Shown here: in pieces, positions 17,801-26,682 of the stretch | Layout: each line of letters opens with the position of its first letter | Position numbering within the stretch: position 1 is the first letter of the stretch | Source: Solirubrobacteraceae bacterium | GTDB lineage: Bacteria; Actinomycetota; Thermoleophilia; Solirubrobacterales; Solirubrobacteraceae | DNA length: 64,000 bases | Reading direction: 5' to 3' | NCBI GenBank assembly: GCA_045805605.1 | Contig: JBJMKX010000074.1 | Coordinates: forward strand, 33,642 to 97,641 | Program-made: the position numbers and the translations under genes | Notes under the pieces: generated by a model | The model's input: only the letters and a program-made list of their open reading frames with translations | Databases searched by the model: none | Told to the model about the DNA's origin: nothing

Positions 17801-20800
17801 ATGCTGCGTGTGCGCCTGGTTGGGGAGCTGGGCCTGGAGGCCGACGGACGGCGGTGCGAGCCGCCCGCGCCCACGAAGGCGCGAGCGCTGCTGGCCTGGC
17901 TCGCCCTCCACCCGGGCCCTCGGCCGCGCTCCGAGCTCGCCGGCACCTTCTGGCCCGACGTGCTCGAGGAGAGCGCCCGCGCCAGCCTGCGCACCGCCCT
18001 GTCCGCCGTGCGCCGCTCGCTCGGCGACGCGGCCGATGACCACCTCGAGGCCACGCGCGAGGCGGTCGGGCTGCGCGGTGCCTGGGTCGACGCGCTGGCC
18101 TTCGAGCAAGAGGCCGCGACCGGGCGGCTCGAGGACGCGCTTGCCCTCGCCGACGGCGAGCTCCTCCCGTGGCTGGACGACGAGTGGGCGCGCGATGCCC
18201 GCGACCGCCACCGCCAGCGCCGCGGCGAGCTCTTGGGCGAGCTGGCCGCACGGGTCACGGACCCGGCCGAGGCCGTTCGGCACGCCCGCGCGCGCGTCGC
18301 CCTCGACCCGCTCTCAGAGGAGGCCGCGCGCGACCTCATCCGCCACCTCGCCGCCGCCGGGGACCGCGCGGGGGCGCTCGTGGCCTACGACGAGTTGCGC
18401 GAGCGCCTGCGGACCACGCTCGGCATCCCCCCCTCGGCCCCCACCCGCGAGCTCGTGGCCTCGATCCGCTCGGCGGCGCGGGAACGCCCGCCCTCCTCCC
18501 CGCTGCTCGACCGCCGCACCGCCGGCGTGTTCGTCGGCCGCGAGGCCGAGCTCGCGCGCGCCGGCCGCGCGCCCGGCCTCGTCGTCCTCGAGGGCGAGGC
18601 CGGCGTGGGCAAGACGCGCCTGGCGCTCGAGCTGGCCCGCGCCGTGCGCGACCGGGGCGGCGTTGCCCTCGTCGGCCGCTGCTCGGAGGAGCCCCTGCGG
18701 CCCTACGAGGCGTGGGCCGAGGCGCTGCGGCCGATCGTCGAGGAGGGCGAGCTCGAGCGGATGTACGCCGAGGGCGAGCGGTTCCTGCTCTTTGAGGCCG
18801 TCCGCCGCCTCCTTGCCGAGGTAGCCGAGGCCTGGCCGGTCGTCGTCGTGCTCGATGACCTGCACTGGGCCGACCGTCCCACCCTGCTGCTGCTCGCTCA
18901 TCTCGTCCGCGCCCCCGAGGGCGCCCCCGCCCGGCTGGTCGGGACCTACCGCTCGACCGAACTGCATCGCGACCATCCCCTCGCCGCCCTGCTCGCCGAC
19001 GCCCGCCGCGAGCACCTGGCCGAGCGCGTGAGCCTGCGCGGCCTGGAAGCCGAGGCGACAGCCGAGCTCGTCGCCGCCAGCACCGGGTCGCAGACGCCGG
19101 AGCGCGTGACGCGCGCCGTGCACGCCGAGACCGCCGGCAACCCCTTCTTCGTCGTCGAGATCGCCCGCCACCTGGCCGAGTCCGGACTGGAGTTCGGCGA
19201 GAAGGGCCGCTGGACGGGCGCGTTCTCGCTCGCCGACGTTGGGCTTCCCGAGTCGGTGCGCGAGGTGCTCGGCCGCCGCCTGGACCGCCTCGGCGACCCC
19301 GCCCACGCGGTGCTGCGCGAGGCCGCCCTGCTGGGCGAGCGCTTCGAGCTCGACGCCCTCCCCGATCCCGACGCCGCCCTCGACGCGCTCGATGCCGCGC
19401 TGGCTGCCGGCCTGGTACGCGAGGAGCCCGGCGCTCCCGGCCGCTATGCCTTCGCCCACGCGCTCGTGCGCCAGACCCTGTACGAGGAGCTGAGCGCCGC
19501 CCGGCGCGTCCGCGCTCACGCCGCGGCGGCCGAGCGCCTGCTGGCGCTGCGTGAGGGCGGCCGACCGGTCGCCGTCGCGGAGATCGCGCACCACCTGATC
19601 GAGGCCGCCCCGGCCGGGGACCCGCTGCGAGCGGCCGAGGAGGCCGAGCGCGCCGCCGCCGAGGCCAATGCGGCGCTGGCGTGGGAGGACGCCGCCGCCC
19701 ACGCCGCCCGCGCGCTCCAGGCGCTGGAGTGGCTCGACGAGCCGCCCGGGGAGCTGCGCGCTCGCCTGCTGCTGACCCAGGGCGAGGCGCAGATGCGCGC
19801 CGGCGACCGGGCGCCCGCCCGCGCCGCCCTGCGCGAGGCGATGGCGCTCTACGGCGAACTCGGCCGCCCCGAGGAGCTGGCGCGGGCCGCGCTCGCGCTC
19901 GGGGGCGTGGGAATCTTCATCGGCCACCCCGACGAGGAGGTGACGACGGCGCTCGGGACTGCCCTCGCCGCCCTGCCACCCGGCGCGCACGCCACGCGGG
20001 CGCGCGTGCTCGGCCGCCTGGCGGTCGAGCAGTACTACGAGCCGCCCGGCGATGCGCGCCGGCACCTGTCCGAGGCGGCGCTGCGCGCGGCGCGGCGCGC
20101 GGGCGACGACGCCACCCTGGCCGCCGCGCTCAACGCCCGGCACGTCGCGCTGTGGGACCCCGACCACGTGGCCGAGCGCCTCTCGGTCGCCGAAGAGATG
20201 ATCGCGGTGGCCGAGCGCGCCGGCGACAGCGAGGCCGCCCTTCAGGGGCGCAACTGGCGCGTGGTCGACCTGTTCGAGCTCGGCGACCTCGACGGCTGGT
20301 GGGAGCAGGTAGAGGACCACGCCCGCGTGGCGGAGGGGTTGCGGCTGCCCTCCTACCGCTGGTACACGCCGCTGTGGCACGGGGTGCGCTCGCTGCTCGA
20401 GGGTCGCTACTCCGATGCCGCACGGGCGCGCGAGCAGGCACGCACGCTGGGCACGGCGGCCGGCGATGGCAACGCCGAGCTGTTCGCGAGCATGCTCGAG
20501 CACGGCGAGCACGTCTTCCGGGGCGACTACGCCGCCGCCGACTGGTCCTTCATGGAGGAGGCGATGCGAACGTCCCCGGCCGCGATCGCCTACCGGCCGT
20601 CTTACGCGTGGATGCTCGCGGCGGTCGGGCGGCTCGACGAGGGCCAGTCCGAGCTCGATGCGCTGGCGCCCGACCGCTTCGCCGCCATTCCGTTCGACGC
20701 CAACTGGATGTCGGCGATGGCGGAGCTCACCGAGGCGTGCCTGCTGCTCGAGGACCGCGCCACCGCCGCCGTCCTGCACGAGCTGCTGACCCCGTACGCG

Positions 20801-21004
20801 GGAATGACCACCGCCGCCGGACGCGCCGTCGCGCAGTACGGGTTCGTGGACGAGTTCCTCGGCCGCCTCGGACTGCTGCTCGGGCGCGCCGAGGCGCGGG
20901 GCCAGATCGAAGGCGCGCTGGGCCGCTACGAGCGCCACGGCTGGCGGCCGTTCGCGGAGCGGGCGCGCGCCACGCTGGCGCGTAGCAGCGGGGTCGTAGG
21001 GTAA
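17801..21004 (+). CDS. SARP (AfsR-like) transcriptional regulator: winged-helix + BTAD + P-loop ATPase + TPR-like C-terminus
   Basis: N-terminal LRVRLVGELGLEADGR...KARALLAWLALHPGPRPRSELAGTFWPD. BTAD region ALDPLSEEAARDLIRHLAAAGDRAGALVAYDELRERL. Walker A GEAGVGKTRLA, Walker B VVVVLDDLHWAD. Long helical-repeat tail. Confidence 0.9.
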   Translation: MLRVRLVGELGLEADGRRCEPPAPTKARALLAWLALHPGPRPRSELAGTFWPDVLEESARASLRTALSAVRRSLGDAADDHLEATREAVGLRGAWVDALAFEQEAATGRLEDALALADGELLPWLDDEWARDARDRHRQRRGELLGELAARVTDPAEAVRHARARVALDPLSEEAARDLIRHLAAAGDRAGALVAYDELRERLRTTLGIPPSAPTRELVASIRSAARERPPSSPLLDRRTAGVFVGREAELARAGRAPGLVVLEGEAGVGKTRLALELARAVRDRGGVALVGRCSEEPLRPYEAWAEALRPIVEEGELERMYAEGERFLLFEAVRRLLAEVAEAWPVVVVLDDLHWADRPTLLLLAHLVRAPEGAPARLVGTYRSTELHRDHPLAALLADARREHLAERVSLRGLEAEATAELVAASTGSQTPERVTRAVHAETAGNPFFVVEIARHLAESGLEFGEKGRWTGAFSLADVGLPESVREVLGRRLDRLGDPAHAVLREAALLGERFELDALPDPDAALDALDAALAAGLVREEPGAPGRYAFAHALVRQTLYEELSAARRVRAHAAAAERLLALREGGRPVAVAEIAHHLIEAAPAGDPLRAAEEAERAAAEANAALAWEDAAAHAARALQALEWLDEPPGELRARLLLTQGEAQMRAGDRAPARAALREAMALYGELGRPEELARAALALGGVGIFIGHPDEEVTTALGTALAALPPGAHATRARVLGRLAVEQYYEPPGDARRHLSEAALRAARRAGDDATLAAALNARHVALWDPDHVAERLSVAEEMIAVAERAGDSEAALQGRNWRVVDLFELGDLDGWWEQVEDHARVAEGLRLPSYRWYTPLWHGVRSLLEGRYSDAARAREQARTLGTAAGDGNAELFASMLEHGEHVFRGDYAAADWSFMEEAMRTSPAAIAYRPSYAWMLAAVGRLDEGQSELDALAPDRFAAIPFDANWMSAMAELTEACLLLEDRATAAVLHELLTPYAGMTTAAGRAVAQYGFVDEFLGRLGLLLGRAEARGQIEGALGRYERHGWRPFAERARATLARSSGVVG

Positions 21005-21015
21005 AAGGCGCCATC

Positions 21016-21798
21016 GTGCCCGCCGTACGACCGCTCATCGGCGTCTCGACCTCCGAGCTACGGGAGGCCAAGACCGTGCGCCCGCTCGCCCAGGGCGAGC
21101 CGCGCCAGCACGAGATCGCGCTCGGCCTCGACTACCCGGAGGTCGTCGACGCGCGCGGCGGCCTGCCGGTCATCCTGCCGCCGATCGAGCCCGAGGGCGT
21201 GCGGCCGCTCGTGGCGCGCGTGTCCGGACTCATGCTGTCGGGCGGCCCCGATCTGCACCCGAGCGCCTACGGCGCCGCCGTCCATCCCCAGCTCGGGCCC
21301 ACCGAGCCCGAGCTCGACCACTTCGAGCTGGCGCTGCTGCGCGAGGCCGACGCCGCCGGCATGCCGATCCTCGCGATCTGCCGCGGCATGCAGGCGCTCA
21401 ACGTGGCGCGCGGCGGCACCCTGCACCAGCACCTGCCCGACGTCGTCGGGGACGGCATCGAGCACCGCCAGACCATCGCCGGAAGCCGCCCCACCCACTG
21501 GATCACGCTCGAGCGGTCGAGCCGTGTCGGCGCAACCCTCGAGCGCGCGCGCACGAAGGTCAACTCGTTTCACCACCAGTCACTCGACGACCTGGGCCAG
21601 GAGCTGACGTCCGTCGCATGGGCGGCGGACGGGACGGTCGAGGCGGTCGAGGATGCCTCGCGCCCATTCGTGCTCGGCGTCCAGTGGCACGCCGAGGCGC
21701 TCGCCCACCGCCCCGAGCAGGGCAAGCTGTTCGCCGCCTTCGTGGACGCGTGCCGGCGCTACGAGCGCAGCGCGCGGCCGTTTGCGCGCGCGGCCTGA
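21016..21798 (+). CDS. gamma-glutamyl-gamma-aminobutyrate hydrolase family protein (peptidase C26, class-I glutamine amidotransferase fold)
   Basis: Nucleophile elbow ILAICRGMQAL, NSFHHQ, GVQWHAE. GTG start 11 nt after the SARP stop. Confidence 0.88.
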   Translation: MPAVRPLIGVSTSELREAKTVRPLAQGEPRQHEIALGLDYPEVVDARGGLPVILPPIEPEGVRPLVARVSGLMLSGGPDLHPSAYGAAVHPQLGPTEPELDHFELALLREADAAGMPILAICRGMQALNVARGGTLHQHLPDVVGDGIEHRQTIAGSRPTHWITLERSSRVGATLERARTKVNSFHHQSLDDLGQELTSVAWAADGTVEAVEDASRPFVLGVQWHAEALAHRPEQGKLFAAFVDACRRYERSARPFARAA

Positions 21799-22925
21799 TC
21801 GCCGGAGAAGCGGGCCAGGAACGCGTCGGCCAGCGCGGCGACGAGCCCCGGCAGCCGCGCCTCGTCGCGCGCGAGCTCGAGCTGGCGATCGGCGCCGGTG
21901 CGTGCGGCGAGCCGGCGCACGCCCTCGAGCTCGGCCGCGCACCCGAGCGCTTCGGCGTGGGGCCCGCAGACCTCGAGCAGCTCCTCGAGCTGAGCGCGGA
22001 CCGGGATGCGGCGCTCGCGGGCCGGGTCGATCAGGCGCGCGTCCATGCCGTCGCGCGCAGCCAGGAACCGGTTCTCGACGAGGACCTCGGGCGAGTGGCC
22101 GATGGGCCGGATCGCCTCCTTCTCGGTCACCTCGCGGCGGGCGATGCTCTGCACGAGCGCAACGAGCGAGGCGGTCTCGTCCACGCTCGTCTGCACGTCC
22201 ATGATCCGGACCTCCACCGTGCCGAAGCGCGGCTGGGGGCGCGCATCCCACCACAGGAAGGTGGGCTCGGGGATGGCGCCGCAGCGGATGAGGATGTCCA
22301 CCGCCTCGACGTAGTCGGCGTAGGAGCGGAAACCGCGGGGGATGCCGACGCGCGGGAAGGCCTGGAACAGCGGCGTTCGCGCGGACGACAGGCCCGTGTC
22401 GCGCCCCTGCCAGAACGGCGAGTTGACCGACAGGGCGAGCAGCAGCGGGAGGTGGGCGCGCAGGCGGCGGTGCAGGCGGATGGCGTCCTCGGCCTCCTGC
22501 ACGCCGACGTGGACGTGCAGCGCGAAGGTCGGCTCGCGGCGGGCGAGCTCGCGCATCGAGCCGTAGACGAACTGGTAGCGGCTGCCGGAGCTGACGACCG
22601 TCTCGTGCCAGACCGTGGACGGGTGCGTGCCGGCGGCGGCCGCGCGCAGCCCGTGGGCCTCGAGCGCCTCCTCGAGGCTGGATCGCAATGTGGCGAGCTG
22701 GTCGATCGTGGCGCCGACGGAGTCGTGCGGGTCGGTGGCGAGCTCGACCGCGGCGCCGTGGGTCTCGGCGGTGAGGTGGTCGGCGAGTTCGGGCGGCACC
22801 GAGGGCAGCACGGCGTCGATCTCCTGGGCCAGCGACCAGTCGTCCGGGCGGAGCATCATCACCTCCTCCTCGATCCCGATCGAGAACGGTTCGGAGGGAC
22901 GCCAGCGCGCCCAGTTCGGGGTCAT
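21759..22925 (-). CDS. carboxylate-amine ligase, YbdK / glutamate-cysteine ligase family 2 (GCS2)
   Basis: Last 388 codons of ORF 21759..24377 from ATG 22925 (ATGA overlap with the ATP-grasp stop). FSIGIEEEVMML, AETHGAAVELAT, FALHVHVGV, NSPFWQGRDTGLSSAR, WWDARP..FGTVEVRIMD. Confidence 0.88.
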   Translation of the reverse strand: MTPNWARWRPSEPFSIGIEEEVMMLRPDDWSLAQEIDAVLPSVPPELADHLTAETHGAAVELATDPHDSVGATIDQLATLRSSLEEALEAHGLRAAAAGTHPSTVWHETVVSSGSRYQFVYGSMRELARREPTFALHVHVGVQEAEDAIRLHRRLRAHLPLLLALSVNSPFWQGRDTGLSSARTPLFQAFPRVGIPRGFRSYADYVEAVDILIRCGAIPEPTFLWWDARPQPRFGTVEVRIMDVQTSVDETASLVALVQSIARREVTEKEAIRPIGHSPEVLVENRFLAARDGMDARLIDPARERRIPVRAQLEELLEVCGPHAEALGCAAELEGVRRLAARTGADRQLELARDEARLPGLVAALADAFLARFSGDQAARANGRALRS

Positions 22926-24313
22926 GCCCGCAGCACCCATGTGTCCTTGGCCCCGCCGCCGCGCGACGAGTTGACGACGAGCTCGTCCTCCGCGAACGCG
23001 ACGCGGGTCAGGCCGCCAGGCACGACACGGACCTGGTCGCCGGCGCGGTAGGCGAAGGGCCGCAGGTCCACGTGCCGCGGCTCGAGCCGGTCGCCCACCA
23101 CGGTCGGGTGGCGCGAGAACCACACGGTCTCCTGGGCCACATGTCCCTCGGGGTCGTCGCGGACGGCGCGCGAGACGCGCTCGCGCTCGGCGGGCTGGGC
23201 GTGCGGCCCGACCATGACGCCGCGTCCGCCGTAGCCGCCGCGCGGCTTGACCACGAGCTCGTCGAGGCGGTGCAGCGCCTCGGCGCAGACCCGCTCGTCG
23301 CCGAGGTCGTAGGTCCCCACCGAGCGCAGGATCGGCTCCTCGCCCAGGTAGAACCGCACCATATGCTCCGCGTAGGCGTGGGCGACCTTGTCGTCGGCGA
23401 CGCCGGTCCCAAACGCGTTGACCAGGCCGACGGTGCCCGCCTTCCAGGGCCCGATGAGCCGCTCGCCGACGGGGGTCAGGGCGCCCACCCCGTCGCGCAG
23501 GCGGTCCTCGTCGGTGCGGCGGTAGACGACGTCGACCGGCCGCGCGTGTCCGGCGGGGCGGCGGGAGTAGAGGCGGTCGCCGCGCAGCTCGAGGTCCTCG
23601 AGCCGCACAAGTGCCAGCGGCAGCGCCGCGGCCAGGAAGCGGTGCTCCCAGTGCGCGATGTTCGACGCGCCGTCGGTGAGGAGCACCGCGAACGGCTGGT
23701 CGACGCCGGGCGGCGCGGCGGCGCGCAAGGCCGCCCGCAGCCCCTCGAGCAGAGCGTCGCGGACGCCGGCGCGCTGGGGCGGTGCCCAGCCGAGGGCCGC
23801 ATCGACGGCCTCGCGCGCGGCGAGCAGGTAGGCGGCGCCCGAGGGCGTGCGCACGTTGTCCTCGACGACCGCGAAGCGCCCGTCCGGCCCGCGCAGCAGG
23901 TCGAGCCCAGCCACGCCGATCCAGCCACCGGGCGGCTGCACGCCGGCGAGCTCGGGCTCGTAGTGGTCGGCTCCGCGCAGGACGCGCTCGGGCAACACTC
24001 CGGCCCGTACGATTTCCCGGGCGCCGTAGGCGTCGGCCACAAACGCCTCCAGCGCGCGCACGCGCTGGACGATGCCGGCGCGCAGCTCCTCCCACTCCGC
24101 CGCCGCGATCACGCGCGGCACCGGGTCGACCGCGAACAGCCGGGACCCGAAGGTCACGCCCGAGCGGTGCAGCCGCTCGTCGACCTTGGCCCGCAGCGCC
24201 CCGAGGTCGGCGTCCTGCAGCCGCTCGCGCAATTCGGGCAGCTCCAGCCGCTCGGTGACCCCGGTTCCGTTCATCGTTGCCTGAACCGTACGAGCCCCGT
24301 CCGGTCCGTCCAT
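22922..24313 (-). CDS. circularly permuted type-2 ATP-grasp protein (DUF404/DUF407 type)
   Basis: 463 aa. FAVDPVPRVI, WIGVAGLDLLRGPDGRFAVVEDNVRTPSGAAY, LVNAFGTGVADDKVAHAY, VVKPRGGYGGRGV, GGLTRVA. Confidence 0.82.
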   Translation of the reverse strand: MDGPDGARTVQATMNGTGVTERLELPELRERLQDADLGALRAKVDERLHRSGVTFGSRLFAVDPVPRVIAAAEWEELRAGIVQRVRALEAFVADAYGAREIVRAGVLPERVLRGADHYEPELAGVQPPGGWIGVAGLDLLRGPDGRFAVVEDNVRTPSGAAYLLAAREAVDAALGWAPPQRAGVRDALLEGLRAALRAAAPPGVDQPFAVLLTDGASNIAHWEHRFLAAALPLALVRLEDLELRGDRLYSRRPAGHARPVDVVYRRTDEDRLRDGVGALTPVGERLIGPWKAGTVGLVNAFGTGVADDKVAHAYAEHMVRFYLGEEPILRSVGTYDLGDERVCAEALHRLDELVVKPRGGYGGRGVMVGPHAQPAERERVSRAVRDDPEGHVAQETVWFSRHPTVVGDRLEPRHVDLRPFAYRAGDQVRVVPGGLTRVAFAEDELVVNSSRGGGAKDTWVLRA

Positions 24314-24371
24314 TGGCCCTGCGGTCCCATCCGTCGCAACTCGCCTGTCCTGGGGGTCGAGCGCTGGTGAA

Positions 24372-24391
24372 GCGCACTCACTAGTGTGCGC
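24372..24391. promoter_or_regulatory. imperfect palindrome GCGCACTCACTAGTGTGCGC in the ATP-grasp/gnd divergent region
   Basis: 9-bp arms (GCGCAC..ACT / AGTGTGCGC) with a 2-nt bulge, centred on ACTAGT. It lies 36 nt upstream of the gnd ATG, which has the SD-like sequence GAGAGGAGAG. Confidence 0.35.
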
Positions 24392-24426
24392 ATCTACCCC
24401 GGAGACGACCGAGAGGAGAGCCAGAG

Positions 24427-25461
24427 ATGCAACTTGGGATGGTGGGTCTCGGGCGCATGGGCGCGAATCTCGTGCGCCGGCTGATGCGCGACGGCCACGA
24501 CTGCGTGGTCTACGACGTCAGCGCCGACGTGGTCTCCCAGCTCGAGGGCGAGGGCGCGGCCGGCTCCGGGTCGCTGGAGCAGTTCGTCTCCAAGCTCGAC
24601 AAGCCGCGCGCGGCGTGGGTCATGGTGCCGGCCGCCATCACCGGGGACACCGTCAACCAGCTCGCCGACCTGATGGACGACGGCGACATCATCATCGACG
24701 GCGGCAACTCGTACTACCGCGACGACATCGACCGCGCCAAGGAGCTGGAGGCCAAGGGCGTCCACTACGTCGACGTTGGCACGAGCGGCGGCGTGTTCGG
24801 GCTCGAGCGCGGCTTCTGCCTGATGATCGGCGGCGAGGACGACGTCGTCGAACATCTCGACCCGATCTTCAAGACGATCGCTCCGGGCCTCGACTCGGCG
24901 CCGCGCACGCCCGGCAAGGAGGGCGAGCCGTCGCCGGCCGAGAACGGCTACCTCCACTGCGGCCCGCACGGCGCCGGGCACTTCGTGAAGATGATCCACA
25001 ACGGCATCGAGTACGGCCTGATGGCCGCCTATGCCGAGGGCCTGAACATCCTCCATCACGCCAACGCCGGCCTCCATCAGCAGGAGATCGACGCGGAGAC
25101 CGCGCCGCTGCGCGATCCCGAGTACTACGAGTACGAGATCGACACCGCCGACGTCGCGGAGGTGTGGCGACGTGGCAGCGTCGTCGCGTCCTGGTTGCTG
25201 GATTTGACCGCGCACGCGCTGAGCGAGTCGCCGCAGCTTTCCAATTTCCACGGCCGCGTCTCCGATTCCGGCGAGGGCCGCTGGACGGTGCTGGCGGCGG
25301 TCGACGTGGGCGCGCCCGCGGACGTGCTCTCGACGGCGCTGTTCAACCGGTTTGCCTCGCGTGGCGAGGCGGAGTTCGGCAACCGCCTGCTCTCGGCCAT
25401 GCGCAGCGAGTTCGGCGGCCACGCGGAGAAGCCGGCCGGCGAGGCGCACGTATCGGGCTAG
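24427..25461 (+). CDS. gnd: 6-phosphogluconate dehydrogenase, decarboxylating (short, GntZ/YqeC-like form)
   Basis: [19 protein letters not shown] Rossmann start, [50 protein letters not shown]. Confidence 0.9.
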   Translation: MQLGMVGLGRMGANLVRRLMRDGHDCVVYDVSADVVSQLEGEGAAGSGSLEQFVSKLDKPRAAWVMVPAAITGDTVNQLADLMDDGDIIIDGGNSYYRDDIDRAKELEAKGVHYVDVGTSGGVFGLERGFCLMIGGEDDVVEHLDPIFKTIAPGLDSAPRTPGKEGEPSPAENGYLHCGPHGAGHFVKMIHNGIEYGLMAAYAEGLNILHHANAGLHQQEIDAETAPLRDPEYYEYEIDTADVAEVWRRGSVVASWLLDLTAHALSESPQLSNFHGRVSDSGEGRWTVLAAVDVGAPADVLSTALFNRFASRGEAEFGNRLLSAMRSEFGGHAEKPAGEAHVSG

Positions 25462-25474
25462 CCTCGGCTGCCGT

Positions 25475-26212
25475 ATGTGCGGCCGCTACACCAACACGCA
25501 GAGCCCCGACCAGATCGTCGCGGCGCTGTCGCTGACCGGCCACGTCGACCCGGCCACGGTCGGGCGGTTCAACGTGGCGCCCACCCAGGAGGTGCTGGCG
25601 GGGGTCGCGCGCGACGGCGCGCTCGAGGCGCGCACGATGCGCTGGGGCCTGATTCCGCGCTGGTCGGACGGCCCTGACGACAAGCGCGCCGGCGGGCGCC
25701 TGATCAACGCGCGCGTCGAGACCGTCTGGTCCAAGCCGGCGTTCGGGCGCCTGGTCCGCGACCCGAAGCGGCGCTGCCTGGTCGTCGCCGACGGCTTCTA
25801 CGAATGGCGGCCGGCGGAGCGCCCGCGCGCGCCGCGGCTGGCCGTCCACTTCACACTCCCCGAGCGCGAGCCGTTCGCGTTCGCCGGCCTCTGCGACCTG
25901 TGGTGGCCGTCGCGCGACGACGCCGCCCCGCCCCTGCGGTCGTGCACGATCGTGGTCGGCCCGGCGACGGCGCCGGTTGAGCCGATCCACGATCGCCAGC
26001 CGGTGATCCTCCACACGCCCGAGCGGCGCGCCGCCTGGCTCGACCCCTCGCTCACCGAGGCAGACCTGCACGAGCTGCTCGCGCCGCTGCCCGCCGGCCG
26101 CCTCGAGCCACACGCGGTCGGTTCGTACGTCAACGATCCAGACCACGAGGGTGAGCGCTGCCTGGAGCCCGAGGGCGAGGCCGAGGAGACGGCTGAGCCC
26201 ACGCTCTTCTAA
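25475..26212 (+). CDS. SOS response-associated peptidase (SRAP / YedK / HMCES family)
   Basis: Part of ORF 25352..26212 from ATG 25475, giving the invariant MCGRY N-terminus (catalytic Cys2). RWGLIPRW, INARVETV, ADGFYEW, IHDRQPVIL. Confidence 0.9.
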   Translation: MCGRYTNTQSPDQIVAALSLTGHVDPATVGRFNVAPTQEVLAGVARDGALEARTMRWGLIPRWSDGPDDKRAGGRLINARVETVWSKPAFGRLVRDPKRRCLVVADGFYEWRPAERPRAPRLAVHFTLPEREPFAFAGLCDLWWPSRDDAAPPLRSCTIVVGPATAPVEPIHDRQPVILHTPERRAAWLDPSLTEADLHELLAPLPAGRLEPHAVGSYVNDPDHEGERCLEPEGEAEETAEPTLF

Positions 26213-26273
26213 GGGCCGGCTGCTCCGCTGATCCGCCTAGTCGGGCGGTTGAGCGCTCAGCTCCGGCGCGCGA

Positions 26274-26558
26274 GTGCGGTGCATCGCCAGCGCGAGGACG
26301 GCCAGGATCAGGCGCACCCTCGACGCCGCGATCGACGCGATCCCGGCCGACCTCCCGGTCACCAAGCGCATCGTGCGCGGCAAGCCGGGCCCCGAACTGG
26401 TCAAGGCCGCCCGCGAGGACAACCACGACCTCGTCGTCGTCGGGTCACGCGGGCTCGGCACGGCGGCGTCCTTCGTGATGGGCTCAGTCAGCACCTGCGT
26501 CCTTCGCCACCTGCCCGGCGCGGCGTTGGTGGTGCACGCCGAGCCCGTGGCGGCGTAG
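26274..26558 (+). CDS. universal stress protein family, C-terminal half only (probable truncated remnant)
   Basis: 94 codons with a GTG start. GKPGPELVKAAREDNHDLVVVGSRGLGTAASFVMGSVSTCVLRHLPGAALVVH is the USP C-terminal ATP-binding half. An in-frame TGA lies 8 codons upstream, so the usual ~60-aa N-terminal half is missing. Confidence 0.6.
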   Translation: MRCIASARTARIRRTLDAAIDAIPADLPVTKRIVRGKPGPELVKAAREDNHDLVVVGSRGLGTAASFVMGSVSTCVLRHLPGAALVVHAEPVAA

Positions 26559-26682
26559 CAAACCGACCCCGGCCCGAACCCGACCACCTTCGTCGCCGCC
26601 GTTCGCCCGCGCGGGCGGCGCGCGCCGCGACCGCCACCCGCCGCAACCGGAATTACCGCGCGAGCGGTAGCGTGCGCCGCCG

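Noticed and set aside
26605-26616. Perfect 12-nt palindrome GCCCGCGCGGGC downstream of the USP fragment
   Set aside because: It is built purely of G and C with no loop. Such sequences are expected by chance at this GC content, and there is no T-tract to suggest a terminator.
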